Of a stretch of 19,107 nucleotides of DNA, positions 18,944 through 19,107 are shown piece by piece. The notes below the pieces were generated by a model. The model made no database searches. It had not been told where the DNA came from and was given only the letters and a program-made list of their open reading frames with translations. This DNA comes from Ginkgo biloba (lineage: Eukaryota; Plantae; Ginkgophyta): positions 3,491,374 to 3,510,480 of the forward strand of contig JANKJI020000004.1 in the NCBI GenBank assembly GCA_024626585.2, written 5' to 3'. The translations under genes and the position numbers were made by a program. Each line of letters starts with the position of its first letter. Positions within the stretch are counted from its first letter, which is position 1.

Positions 18944-19107
18944 ATAGAAGTCTATCCCCATATCCAAGTCGCCTTTAATACATTTTGAAAGTTGTGTAAA
19001 TACCATCGGGCGAAAACTACAGGTAGAATTGTCACTTTTAATGGAAATACAACATAAAATTTTTTGGACATAGATACTTATATCAACGTACATGCAGGTG
19101 TGATGGT

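Overview
AT-rich, heavily gapped (many 100-N joins) eukaryotic plant genomic DNA, most consistent with a large, repeat-rich land-plant genome; the retroelement style is gymnosperm-like, which is an inference. I find no intact protein-coding gene. The main host locus is a 4-exon NRT1/PTR (NPF5-like) transporter pseudogene (12181-14309, +) with two frameshifts, a premature stop and internal deletions. The rest is a mosaic of decayed elements: a LINE endonuclease remnant, Ty3/gypsy fragments (Tat-like protease/spacer in two copies; a separate RNase H-integrase piece), an LTR element with a decayed non-gag acidic ORF, and an old Ty1/copia element with both LTRs, PBS and PPT. The most interesting structure is at about 2.7-4.6 kb. 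Three copies of one Helitron-type 3' terminus (hairpin + CTAG, minus strand) are interleaved with orphan fragments of a tandem-CCCH zinc-finger (TZF) gene and a plastid diaminopimelate decarboxylase gene. A second short TZF copy at about 15 kb shares the same 5' breakpoint and lesions. Together these suggest a gene-capturing composite Helitron family. All family assignments are from motif recognition by eye; no search was run.
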